Positions 18,356 to 28,695 of a stretch of 64,000 bases of DNA are shown piece after piece. Positions within the stretch are counted from its first letter, which is position 1; every line of letters starts with the position of its first letter. The position numbers were made by a program, and so were the translations under genes. The notes beneath the pieces are model-generated. The model did no database searches. It was not told the DNA's origin and saw nothing but the letters and a program-made list of their open reading frames with translations. Source of the DNA: a virus (taxonomy: Duplodnaviria; Caudoviricetes). The stretch covers positions 1 through 64,000 of the IMG/VR virus record IMGVR_UViG_3300010163_000005, one strand, 5' to 3'.

Positions 18356-19507
18356 TTATTTATGCCATCCTTTAATAGTAACATTACCGTCTGTATCAAT
18401 ATTAACTCCATTTGAACCATAAAGATAAACCGAATTTGAACTATTGATATTAAAGTTATTACTATTTAAATGTACACTTTTACTTAATAATGATAAATTA
18501 TCTCTATCTATATTAACTTTATTACCTATTTGTACATTTTCAGCATTAACAATATAGTTTTTTGTGTTAATTGTTATTTTATCTCCTTCCATTATTTCTG
18601 TTGTAGAATTAGATGAATTATTAACTGTTTTTATTATACTATTTGAATTTTGACTATAATCTGTATTACAATGTGATAATTCATCTTTTACTTTTATATT
18701 AACATTATTTGTTCTTATATTAAGATTGGTTGTTTGTTTATTAGTAATATCTCTTGCTACTATTTCAATAATTTTATCATTTGCATTTATAATAATAAAC
18801 ATTTGTGTATCTGAATCGTTCTTTTTACAATCATTATTATTATCAAAATATGTACAATCATCTCTATCACATTCATTTTTATTACTTTTACAAAATATTG
18901 TTATTTTATCTGAATGCCCAAAGTGTATATAATTATGTCCATATCCCGATATAGAAACCTCTCCAGGTTGTAAAACAGGTTCAACTTTACTCATATCGGC
19001 ATTAGTAATATAATTTAATCCATATGCTATTCCTGTATCTGTTATGGCGGTCAACATTCTTGAATTACGTGGTGGAATATAATTAATTCCACAACTATTA
19101 ACACCGTTTTCAGTTTCTTTCGCCCAAAGAAAAGGATAAGTTAAATTAACTACAGGTTCTGTATTATTTGTATGAAATAAATGTTTATTATCAATTAAAG
19201 GTTGTCTATTTAATACGGAATATTGATAATTAGGATTAGATAAAGTTACATTATTATTAAAAGTGTTTCCTGCCGCTCCACCCTCTTGTTTTGCCCATTT
19301 TATCATAACTTTTTTATCATTATAAATATCTGATATATATAAATCATCAGCATTGTTTTTTTGATTATTTCTACAATTATAAATAACAGATTCTTTTAAT
19401 TTAACATCATTTATAGCTATTTTATTCATATTATATATATCATAATTACTTATTCTTTTTATGTCATTTTTACTTGACATGTTTATTTGTATACTTTCTC
19501 TTGACAT
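18356..19507 (-). CDS. putative baseplate central spike (gpV/gp5-like)
   Basis: LQPGEVSISG motif and beta-helix-like C-terminal repeats; follows the hub gene. Confidence 0.5.
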   Translation of the reverse strand: MSRESIQINMSSKNDIKRISNYDIYNMNKIAINDVKLKESVIYNCRNNQKNNADDLYISDIYNDKKVMIKWAKQEGGAAGNTFNNNVTLSNPNYQYSVLNRQPLIDNKHLFHTNNTEPVVNLTYPFLWAKETENGVNSCGINYIPPRNSRMLTAITDTGIAYGLNYITNADMSKVEPVLQPGEVSISGYGHNYIHFGHSDKITIFCKSNKNECDRDDCTYFDNNNDCKKNDSDTQMFIIINANDKIIEIVARDITNKQTTNLNIRTNNVNIKVKDELSHCNTDYSQNSNSIIKTVNNSSNSTTEIMEGDKITINTKNYIVNAENVQIGNKVNIDRDNLSLLSKSVHLNSNNFNINSSNSVYLYGSNGVNIDTDGNVTIKGWHK

Positions 19508-19532
19508 GTTATATTTACTCCTTTCATTTAAT

Positions 19533-22500
19533 TTATACTTTTATATTATGGTTTTTAAAATAATTACTTAATATTTTTATTTTAGCAACCCTTGTTCCTT
19601 TTAATAAATTATATTCAGGTGTACCTTTCATTTTTTCATTAGTAGGGCCTGATATTTCTGCATCAAGTTTTCCATATCCTCTACCATCTCCTTTGGCGTA
19701 CCATTTAGCAGCATCGTTTACAAATTCAATAACACATCTTCCACCATTATGTCCCCAAAGATTATTAGCATCTTCTCCTTTTACTTCTGCAACAATACAG
19801 TGCATTACTCCTGTTTGTTGTCCATTTTTTTCCACATATATATCTATAAAGTCTCCTACTGAAGCTACTATTGGTCTTACAGCAACACAATAACAATTTT
19901 CAATCATTCCATAACCTCTCTCATTAAAAGCACCACATTGATCTATTTGTTCTTGTGTTGCATTATTAGTAAACTTAGGATAAACAGTTTCTCTTAATGT
20001 CTTTTGTTTTGAATTGCCAGTAATCATTTGCCAAGCCATTTGTGAATATTCATCTCCATATTCTGAAGGTACTATTTTTTCGGTTCCATCTGTTATTGGT
20101 GCATTTGTTCCACTTGCTAAACTATCACTATTTGTATTATTATTTTCGCCTCCGCCTTGACCTTTACTCCAATTAAATAAAGAATCTTGTAACTCTATTT
20201 TATCTATATCATCTGGTTCTGTAAACCATTTGGCATATAGTGTACTCATAATATCATAACAACTTTCTTGCCCCATCATTCTTCCCGCAACTAATGTTAA
20301 TGTCATTGTAGATACACTTGATATATTAATGCTTCTACTTATAGCCGTTACATAGTATACATTTTGAGAGGGATTTGTATCTACTGTTCCGAAAAAACCT
20401 GTTTCAGGTTGAGTATGTTCATCAAATGTTAATAATCTTATTGGATTACCTATTTTTATTGATGGATCTTCTATTATTTGTAATGTTCCCGTATATCTTT
20501 GTGCATATGATTGTACTAACTTTAAATGTCCAAATTCTTCTACAGATTGTTCATCTTGTAAATACGTTGCTGTAACATTTGGAGCAGGTCTTACACCAAA
20601 TCTCATTATTGCTTCTAAATCTGGTATTGTTCTTTTTAAATTATGAAAAACCTCATTATTCCCTACATCCATAAAACTTTCTGTATCAACACTAATTGAT
20701 GTATATATATCTTGATCGCTATCACATATTGAAAATTTAACTATATCTTCTGGTAAAATTTCTGGTATAAAAACATCTGTAATCATAGATTGTGTTAATA
20801 CTCCGTCTTTACCTGTTGTATTTAAATTTTTTCCACTATTCTTTTCATATAATCTTAATGATAAATTAGCTGTATCACTATCATCTACTATATTTCTATA
20901 TTCTTGTCTTGCTTCTGCATTATTAACATCATATTGTAAGATTAATAAATCCATTTTCTTTAATTTTTGTGTATATGTATAATTTTGTAAACTTCCTAAA
21001 TTTAAATATTTAATATTAGGTGCATATTTAGTATCTCCAAAATATTTTTTAGCAATACTATTCATAGTATCTGTTTCAGTACAAGTATAAATAATAGGTG
21101 TAATTAATTTACATTTTGCTCTTATATATTCTATACTTGCTGAATATGATTTGTCATATTTTGTATCTATTCCTTTTTTCATATCTTTTATATCACTTAA
21201 ATCTAAATTATTAGGTGTTAATTGATTAACACCTAATACATAATTAGGTATTTTAAAAACAATATTGCCTTCTTCATCACAAAAAAATTCCATTAAACAT
21301 TTATCAGCTACTTCTTTACAATAATCTAAACGTTTTTTAAAACTTGCTGCTGTAGATAAATCTGGTTGTTTATTATTTAATCTTGCTATATATGGTATTA
21401 CTTTTACTGGTTCTATACGTTTATTTAAATACCTTGCTGGAATACCTGCTGCTAAACAACAATCTTTTATTATATAATCGGGATATATTCCTGAAAACCA
21501 TTCTTGTAATGACATCATTCTTTTTATAACTTCTTGATCATTACCATCTTTATTTAAACCATATGTATATGGTTCAAATATTGTAAACATTCCTGTTTTA
21601 CCTAAATTAAAACGTACATCAAGTTTACCTTCATTTAAAACACCTGGAAAATATGAAGCTGATTGATTAACCCAACTTTGATTTAATAATTTTAATTGAT
21701 CTTTAGCACTAATTGTTATTATATTACCTTGTTGGTTAAAATCGTGTTTTACTGATTCAATAAAACCAAAAAATATTTTTATAAATTTATATTGTCCATT
21801 TTCCGCTCTATCATTTGGATTTTTTGATTTAGAGAATACCATTATTTCATCCATAGGCTCCCAATCACATTTTTCAGCAAATCTCCAACCATATTTAGCC
21901 TCCTTTGCTTTCATTAAATTTTTATAATCTATACCCGATGCGTTAGGGTTATCCCAATCTTCTGTACCTATTCTCCATTTTTGTCCATTTGTTTCACCTT
22001 CATCATCTATATTAGTAAATCCATATAAAATATGTTCCCAATCTTGCCAATTTTTTTCACCCTCATCTATTTTGTTTACACATACAACACGTTCTCCACC
22101 TTTTAATTGTACTGTACAAGTAGCGGGTTCTCCTTTTATTGTATGATTTGTAGCTATACTAAAAAAATTATTTATTTGATACATTCTTAGATAATTTTCT
22201 TCACTTTCCATTGTAGCAGTAAAACATAATTTTTTTCTAATAATTACAACATAATCTTGTTTGAAATTTTTTCTTTTCATATCAGCAGGGGGATGTTGAA
22301 TACCTTTTAATTTGTGTATATTATGATATTTAACATAGTCTTGTATGGTTTGAGAAAAATCAACTTTAAGACCACCTTTACCGTCACGTTCAGCTTTAAT
22401 ACCCATTTCACCTAATCTTTTTATTTCTTCGTCAATGGCTTCTATAATTTGATTTTTTTGTTCTTCCGTCATTTCATATCCATTACTTGAACTATCAGTA

Positions 22501-23537
22501 TATACCCCACCTGCTCCTTCTACTCTCCATACAATACTATAATCACCACTATCTGTAGATGGTTCAGTGCTATTACAATCTTTATCACTACCACAATTCC
22601 AAACATAATGTTTTCCATTTTCATTCTTACAAAATATTTCCCCATGACCTTGTCTTACAATAATATCTCCCTGTAATAAACTATCCCAGCCAGACCAACT
22701 CATTTTTGTAAATCCTGCTGATTCTAATTCAGAATCAGGTGTACCTGCCATAAAAGCACTCGAATCTGCATAAAAATCTTTTTTAGCATAACAAGAAACG
22801 CATATTGAAATAAATCCTGTACAATCTGTTGTTAATGTTCTTGTATACCCATTAGAAGTAACTTTTAATACATTCCCTCCCATTTTATAACCCATATGTG
22901 CTTTTGCTATTTGTGCTTTAACATCTTTAATTATACTTATCCAAGTTGAATTACCACCTGATGAACTGCCTAATTTTTTTTTAAATGCTTGCCATTTACT
23001 ATCATTACCTGAATCAGGATTCCAACCTATAATACCAGGGCAAAGTTTATTTGCTACATCCCAATGTCTAACAACATGACTTGCATCAATGTTATATTGT
23101 TGCATAAGATATTTAGTTAAATTAAGTGCTCTATTGACAACAGCATCAGTAAAACTCCAACATGGATCGTTTCCTTCAGGATATGCTCCTGTTTTTTTGC
23201 TACTAGTAGAACATACTTCTATGCCTATTGAATTTTGATTTGTACATTTACCCCATAATTGACCACCTGTTCCAGCATGGTGTTGTTTCCCTGCATGTTG
23301 ACAATAATAATTTTTTATATCAGGATTATACATTAAACTAACTTTATCATCAACAATAAAATCGGCAGAGTTACCGTCACCGCCCTTATCAAAAGTGTTT
23401 AATGCAACATTTGCTGCTTGTCCTTCATTTGAATCAAAACTTCCTGTATAATGTATAACAATATATTCTATTTTTCTGTTTTTTAAGGCATATATGTTAT
23501 TACCTTCATAATTAACAAGATTAATATTATCTGCCAT
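19533..23537 (-). CDS. baseplate hub / tail-associated lysin: amidase_2 + NlpC/P60-like peptidase + hub + LysM + C-terminal domain
   Basis: IVIHYT...SIGIEVC...RHWDVANKLCPG (Zn amidase); DCTGFIS...GDIIVRQGHGEI (Cys-His peptidase); EFFCDEEGNIVFK (hub); DTMNSIAKKYFGD...IKYLN (LysM). Confidence 0.8.
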   Translation of the reverse strand: MADNINLVNYEGNNIYALKNRKIEYIVIHYTGSFDSNEGQAANVALNTFDKGGDGNSADFIVDDKVSLMYNPDIKNYYCQHAGKQHHAGTGGQLWGKCTNQNSIGIEVCSTSSKKTGAYPEGNDPCWSFTDAVVNRALNLTKYLMQQYNIDASHVVRHWDVANKLCPGIIGWNPDSGNDSKWQAFKKKLGSSSGGNSTWISIIKDVKAQIAKAHMGYKMGGNVLKVTSNGYTRTLTTDCTGFISICVSCYAKKDFYADSSAFMAGTPDSELESAGFTKMSWSGWDSLLQGDIIVRQGHGEIFCKNENGKHYVWNCGSDKDCNSTEPSTDSGDYSIVWRVEGAGGVYTDSSSNGYEMTEEQKNQIIEAIDEEIKRLGEMGIKAERDGKGGLKVDFSQTIQDYVKYHNIHKLKGIQHPPADMKRKNFKQDYVVIIRKKLCFTATMESEENYLRMYQINNFFSIATNHTIKGEPATCTVQLKGGERVVCVNKIDEGEKNWQDWEHILYGFTNIDDEGETNGQKWRIGTEDWDNPNASGIDYKNLMKAKEAKYGWRFAEKCDWEPMDEIMVFSKSKNPNDRAENGQYKFIKIFFGFIESVKHDFNQQGNIITISAKDQLKLLNQSWVNQSASYFPGVLNEGKLDVRFNLGKTGMFTIFEPYTYGLNKDGNDQEVIKRMMSLQEWFSGIYPDYIIKDCCLAAGIPARYLNKRIEPVKVIPYIARLNNKQPDLSTAASFKKRLDYCKEVADKCLMEFFCDEEGNIVFKIPNYVLGVNQLTPNNLDLSDIKDMKKGIDTKYDKSYSASIEYIRAKCKLITPIIYTCTETDTMNSIAKKYFGDTKYAPNIKYLNLGSLQNYTYTQKLKKMDLLILQYDVNNAEARQEYRNIVDDSDTANLSLRLYEKNSGKNLNTTGKDGVLTQSMITDVFIPEILPEDIVKFSICDSDQDIYTSISVDTESFMDVGNNEVFHNLKRTIPDLEAIMRFGVRPAPNVTATYLQDEQSVEEFGHLKLVQSYAQRYTGTLQIIEDPSIKIGNPIRLLTFDEHTQPETGFFGTVDTNPSQNVYYVTAISRSINISSVSTMTLTLVAGRMMGQESCYDIMSTLYAKWFTEPDDIDKIELQDSLFNWSKGQGGGENNNTNSDSLASGTNAPITDGTEKIVPSEYGDEYSQMAWQMITGNSKQKTLRETVYPKFTNNATQEQIDQCGAFNERGYGMIENCYCVAVRPIVASVGDFIDIYVEKNGQQTGVMHCIVAEVKGEDANNLWGHNGGRCVIEFVNDAAKWYAKGDGRGYGKLDAEISGPTNEKMKGTPEYNLLKGTRVAKIKILSNYFKNHNIKV

Positions 23538-23564
23538 TTATAATATCTCCTTTCTAAATAATTT

Positions 23565-26500
23565 TTATAAATAGTTTATTAATTTCTTTGCAACTTTTTC
23601 ATAATAATCTGTTTTCATATACAACATATCTTCTCTACCCTTTATGATTGCAGATAAACTAATTTGCATTGTACTACCGTCATTTATAAATTGACTTATT
23701 TGATTTGCTCTCCACGCTTTATTATAATCACTTGCTTTAAAACTTATATATCCATCTACACCATTAAAATTATTAGTTATTAATTTATTACATAAATCTT
23801 TAAAATCATCTTTATTTTTAGCTATTATTTTATTCATTACTTCTGCTATTGTTATTACTCCTATTTCAGAATTTGAATTTTGTCTTATATATAACCAATT
23901 ATTTCTTAATGTTTTAAAATCGGAGTTATTACAATATCTTGCTCCTACAGCGTATAATAATTTATTTACATGTTCATATATTTCTTTTTTTCTTGTTTGT
24001 GTATATGTAGGTAGTTTTTTATCTTCGTCCCATACTTTTCTTACCCTTGCTAATTCGGGTTCTATAACATCATTAAGTAAAGCTAAATTGCTATCTGTCT
24101 GTATGTCCGTTACTGTTACTATTTCTCCATTTATTTTATTTAATAATTGTAAATTTATTTGAGCATCTTTTACTGCTTGTTCTGTTGTTATTTGTGAATC
24201 TGTTGTAAAATCACCATTAGACATTATATATTGTAATTGAATAAATCTAACATATATATCATAGCCACCACCTACATTTCCATATATAGGTGTACTCTCT
24301 ACTATTTGTTGTTTGCCATTATAAATACTACAAGCTCTTAATTTTACAGCCCAACCATGTAATTGGTCTTTTCTTTCTTTTGTCATTGGTATTCCCGACC
24401 TATCAGCTTCTACTTGTTCTCTATAAAATATACATCTTGTTCTTAAAATAGCTATTTTTAATGGAACATCATTTCCTTTTGCGTATTCAGCTTTATAATA
24501 TTCTAAATTATTAGCATATTCCATATTTTCGTCATCCCATACTTCACTATGATCTAATAAATCTTCTTGTTCAAATCTATTTGGGGATATTGATGTAACT
24601 GATATTATTCTTTGTATTACAAATGTCATAGTATATGTTATATTTTCTGTTTGTGCTACTCTATCATAATTAAAATTTTCAAAATGTCCTATATATACTC
24701 TATCTTCAAAATAAATAAAAATTAATCTTGGTCGCCATTCATCTGTTAATTCATCTTGTATATCTGCAAATCCACTTTCAATTTCCCATCTTTTTATAAC
24801 TGAATTTTTATTCCATTCTCTTACTTCTGTTAAATATTTTTGTAATGCTGTGTTTGCTTTTGTTCTTACATCTGTAATTACTGTAGTAATATTGTTATTT
24901 GTTTTAATTTCATTATTAGAATTTTTATTGTTTTTATTATTTTCGTCATTATTCTCCTTATCATCAGAAAACCCTTCTTGTATATAAGTTACTCCATCTT
25001 TCTTAACCATTGCCCAACCACCATTTATATGTTTTATCCAATCACCACAATAATCAACAGCGGTAAACTTTCCACCAACAACTAAAGGCTCATTTTTTAA
25101 TTTACCACTTGCTGTATTTGAACTATTATATAAATATACTCCCTCTTTAACAACAGTATAAAATTTTACATTATTATATAATAATTCTAAATATAAAGGT
25201 TGTGTTAAATATTCATTAAATGTACTTATATTGTTACCTACTTTACTTATATTAGCAAGTGTCCATGCATAAACCATTTTGTTTTTAAATTTATGTTGTT
25301 TTATATGTCTTATAAACTTCATTGTTGTTAATATACCGTCTACTTTAATTTTTACTATATGTTCTTTATCAGACGTAAAGGTTCCACCTTCTTTTAAAAT
25401 GGTTATATTATTTTTATCCATTTCAGGAGTTAATTTATTAATTTCACTAATATTAATTCCTTCTTTTTCCCATTCATCTAATTGAACAATTAAATCATTT
25501 GAATATAGATATACCTTTTTATCTTTTAAATTTTCTTGATTTTTTAATTGTTCCTTTGTTAATACTCTCCAATTATTACTTTGATCGTCTTTTATTTTTG
25601 CCCAACTGCCATTTATATGTTGTACCCAAAAATCGTCTGTAATTGTTTCTTTTTTCCCTGTAAATTGTCCATTAACAGATAAATAATCTAATCTTTTTGA
25701 AGAATATGAAGGCCCTGAATATGAATAACATAAGTTCACACATTTATATATACAATATGTATTATTAACATAAACAATTTCTCCATTATTAGCTACATCA
25801 CCATCAGCTAAAGTAACATTTTCTAATTTATCATAACTACTTTGATATATATCAAAAGCTATTTGAAAAGCTACTTCATCTATTATATCTTTAGCATTTG
25901 CAGTACTATCATTAAAACTTGATTTTTTTGTATACTTTTTAGCAATATCAAATATTTCATTAAAGCTATGATATTCTTTTGATTGCAATGCATCTATTGT
26001 TTGTTGAGCTATAACTTTTACATCCGCATTTTCTTTTGAAAATATTTTTTCTGTATATAATAACTTTAAATCTTTTGATATTAAGAGCATTGCCTTTTCT
26101 TCACTTAATAAACCACTATTTCCATCTATTAAAATATTAGCACTTTCAACTATTTCATTATAAGTTTCACTTAAAGCTGTTAATTCTTCTGAATTTGCGG
26201 CTTCATCAAAACCAGTTACAGCACTATGATAATCTAAAATTTGTCTACGTTCTGATTTACCATTATTTATTTTATTTATTCCTATATTTTGATATTTTAA
26301 TAATGTTCCCGAATAATTAAATATTTTTTCTAATTGTTCTATGGCTCTCATTCCCGACATTCCTGTACTACCTGATATTTGCATAGTAGGAGTATCCTCT
26401 CCATAGTGATGAAAAAATATTCCCCCTCTTGTATATTGTTTACCTATTACTTTTGTATTTTGAAATGTCAATTTTTCAGGATTAATATACATTTCTATTG

Positions 26501-26705
26501 TTTTTATTTCTTCTGGTGTTTGATAATATTCCATTACCATTGGTATACGTTGTTTCATTTGCATATATGAATCGGACATCTCTTGTGCTGCCGATAAGTA
26601 TGTATTATCATTACTATATATATTATCAACTAATTCTCGTTGAGATTTTAAAAATTCACTTGTTGTTGTAGCTTCATCTATATTGGCTACTACTAAGGCA
26701 TTCAT
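23565..26705 (-). CDS. tail-tube initiator/baseplate protein with inserted SH3b-like repeats
   Basis: MYINPEKL...QISGSTG and YIGHFENFNY...YTMTFVI flank repeats such as WVQHINGSWA and WIKHINGGWA. Confidence 0.55.
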   Translation of the reverse strand: MNALVVANIDEATTTSEFLKSQRELVDNIYSNDNTYLSAAQEMSDSYMQMKQRIPMVMEYYQTPEEIKTIEMYINPEKLTFQNTKVIGKQYTRGGIFFHHYGEDTPTMQISGSTGMSGMRAIEQLEKIFNYSGTLLKYQNIGINKINNGKSERRQILDYHSAVTGFDEAANSEELTALSETYNEIVESANILIDGNSGLLSEEKAMLLISKDLKLLYTEKIFSKENADVKVIAQQTIDALQSKEYHSFNEIFDIAKKYTKKSSFNDSTANAKDIIDEVAFQIAFDIYQSSYDKLENVTLADGDVANNGEIVYVNNTYCIYKCVNLCYSYSGPSYSSKRLDYLSVNGQFTGKKETITDDFWVQHINGSWAKIKDDQSNNWRVLTKEQLKNQENLKDKKVYLYSNDLIVQLDEWEKEGINISEINKLTPEMDKNNITILKEGGTFTSDKEHIVKIKVDGILTTMKFIRHIKQHKFKNKMVYAWTLANISKVGNNISTFNEYLTQPLYLELLYNNVKFYTVVKEGVYLYNSSNTASGKLKNEPLVVGGKFTAVDYCGDWIKHINGGWAMVKKDGVTYIQEGFSDDKENNDENNKNNKNSNNEIKTNNNITTVITDVRTKANTALQKYLTEVREWNKNSVIKRWEIESGFADIQDELTDEWRPRLIFIYFEDRVYIGHFENFNYDRVAQTENITYTMTFVIQRIISVTSISPNRFEQEDLLDHSEVWDDENMEYANNLEYYKAEYAKGNDVPLKIAILRTRCIFYREQVEADRSGIPMTKERKDQLHGWAVKLRACSIYNGKQQIVESTPIYGNVGGGYDIYVRFIQLQYIMSNGDFTTDSQITTEQAVKDAQINLQLLNKINGEIVTVTDIQTDSNLALLNDVIEPELARVRKVWDEDKKLPTYTQTRKKEIYEHVNKLLYAVGARYCNNSDFKTLRNNWLYIRQNSNSEIGVITIAEVMNKIIAKNKDDFKDLCNKLITNNFNGVDGYISFKASDYNKAWRANQISQFINDGSTMQISLSAIIKGREDMLYMKTDYYEKVAKKLINYL

Positions 26706-26886
26706 TTTACCACCTTCTTTTATATAGTAAATACACTTATAATATGTTTTTATAAATTGTTTATTTTGTTAATTATTGTATATTTAGAAATATATATTAT
26801 TTAGAATAATATTAATTTATTTAATTTTATAAACATATAATATTAAAAATTAAATTTTTATAAGTACAAATAATAACACTATAAAA

Positions 26887-26917
26887 AAAGTCTATCTTGT
26901 TTAACAAGATAGACTTT
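26887..26917. terminator. terminator hairpin
   Basis: AAAGTCTATCTTGTT-T-AACAAGATAGACTTT. Confidence 0.65.
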
Positions 26918-26943
26918 GAATGTATAATTTTATATAATATTTT

Positions 26944-27144
26944 TTATTTATTTAATAAATATGTACTTTTCATTTTTAATTTTCCTGTATTTTTATCTAC
27001 ATAATATAATATGTCTTTGTCAAAATTATAATTTTTATATACATTTGTTGTATTAGTACCTAAATTTTGTTCTTGATAAAAAGAATTTGTTTGTTTCTTA
27101 TACATATATTTTTCATTGATAATGCGTCTTGTTAATTTTGACAT
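26944..27144 (-). CDS. small basic hypothetical protein
   Basis: Start reassigned to ATG 27144 behind AAGGAGG. Confidence 0.55.
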   Translation of the reverse strand: MSKLTRRIINEKYMYKKQTNSFYQEQNLGTNTTNVYKNYNFDKDILYYVDKNTGKLKMKSTYLLNK

Positions 27145-27157
27145 TATTATTTCCTCC

Positions 27158-28486
27158 TTATTTATTTTTTTCAAGTAAAGATGGTATTAATTCATAAAAT
27201 TTAAAACCTCCACCACCTTTCCAATTGACTATCTTTGAAATTCCACCTTGTTCGCCATCAATAACAGCCTTTAAACGAGAGTAACAATGTGTATAAATAT
27301 GTTCTCCTAACTCAATACCTATCCACTTTCTACCCATTTTTTGAGCTACTGCTGCTGTTGTTCCACTTCCTAAAAACCCATCTAATACTAAATCTCCAGG
27401 TTTTGTGTTCATTTTAATAATCCTATAAATTAAACGTTCAGGCTTTTTACCATTTTTAAAATCAACTATACCCTCATTATCAAGACTTGTTGTTTTTATA
27501 TCTGTCCACAAATCACCAGGATTAACAGTTAAATATTGGTCTGCAAATAAAAGTTTACATCTTGAAAGCTTGGTATCTGTATTAAATTCTCCACGGATTA
27601 AATACATCTTTTTCTGTCTTGTTTCAATAGCAAAAACAGAAGGAATTTTATCATAATTGTTTTTCTTTGCTATTGCTATATTTCTTGCTCCTCCTGTTAA
27701 TGTTGCAAATTGGACAATTCTATTTGCATTTTTAAAGCACCATATTTCATTTGCTGTTTCACCTAATTGCTTTGCTGCCTCTTTTATATTACTAAATTTA
27801 ATATTTTTTACAATATTATCAACATAAGCTATATCTTTATCTGTGCGATTTTTATTATTGAGAACTTCTTTTACTATTTCAAGTTCAATATCACTAATAT
27901 TAGTGCAATATGTTTTATATTCATTATCCCAACTGCTTTTAGGAATTTTTTCTAAGTCAAGTCCTCTTACGCCATTCTTCTTAGCAAGTATAATATATTC
28001 TTTAAGTTTAGGAATCGAGCCGGTTTTATTAACTGAAGCCATTTTTACTCCTGTTGGTTCACTCATTTTAACACATATAGTCTTTATATTTTTTGTTCCA
28101 CAAATTTCACTCATTAGCATAAATAGGTGTGCAAATTCATTATCATCAATTTGTACAGCTAAAAGTCCATCTTCAGTTAGTAGTTTCCAAAGTATATTAA
28201 TTCTATCATACATTAAATTTAACCATACATTATTTTTTAAATTATCGTTATAATGTTCAAAATTACTCCCTGTATTATAAGGAGGATCTATGTAAATACA
28301 TTTTATTTTTCCGCTGTACTCTGACTCAAGACTTTTTAAGACAAGTAAATTGTCTCCATGTATAAGCATATTATCAGAGTTTTCTCCATAGCTATATTTT
28401 TTATTTTCAACTAAAATTTGTGGTTCAAGATTTATAATATTTTCTTTGTCACATTTTCCTGTCCAATTTAATTCTAATTTATTCAT
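27158..28486 (-). CDS. orphan DNA methyltransferase (beta class, Type III Mod-like)
   Basis: IHGDNL, IYIDPPYNTG, KKPERLI, VLDGFLGSGTT and WKGGGGFKFYEL motifs; no Res gene adjacent. Confidence 0.9.
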   Translation of the reverse strand: MNKLELNWTGKCDKENIINLEPQILVENKKYSYGENSDNMLIHGDNLLVLKSLESEYSGKIKCIYIDPPYNTGSNFEHYNDNLKNNVWLNLMYDRINILWKLLTEDGLLAVQIDDNEFAHLFMLMSEICGTKNIKTICVKMSEPTGVKMASVNKTGSIPKLKEYIILAKKNGVRGLDLEKIPKSSWDNEYKTYCTNISDIELEIVKEVLNNKNRTDKDIAYVDNIVKNIKFSNIKEAAKQLGETANEIWCFKNANRIVQFATLTGGARNIAIAKKNNYDKIPSVFAIETRQKKMYLIRGEFNTDTKLSRCKLLFADQYLTVNPGDLWTDIKTTSLDNEGIVDFKNGKKPERLIYRIIKMNTKPGDLVLDGFLGSGTTAAVAQKMGRKWIGIELGEHIYTHCYSRLKAVIDGEQGGISKIVNWKGGGGFKFYELIPSLLEKNK

Positions 28487-28560
28487 TAAAATTCATTCCT
28501 CTGTTTATTGTAATAACAGTTATATTATATAAAATTTTTTATTTAAAATTAACTTATTTA

Positions 28561-28589
28561 ATAATATTATTAAATAAATATTTTGTCAA
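28561..28589 (-). promoter_or_regulatory. sigmaA promoter for the Mod-like methylase
   Basis: TTGACA-17 bp-TATTAT. Confidence 0.65.
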
Positions 28590-28695
28590 TAAAATAGTAG
28601 TATGTAAAAGAGAAGATGCAATTTATAATAAAAATAGGGAAATAATTATTATAAATAAAATATAAATTTTTAATATTAACTTATATCATTAATAA

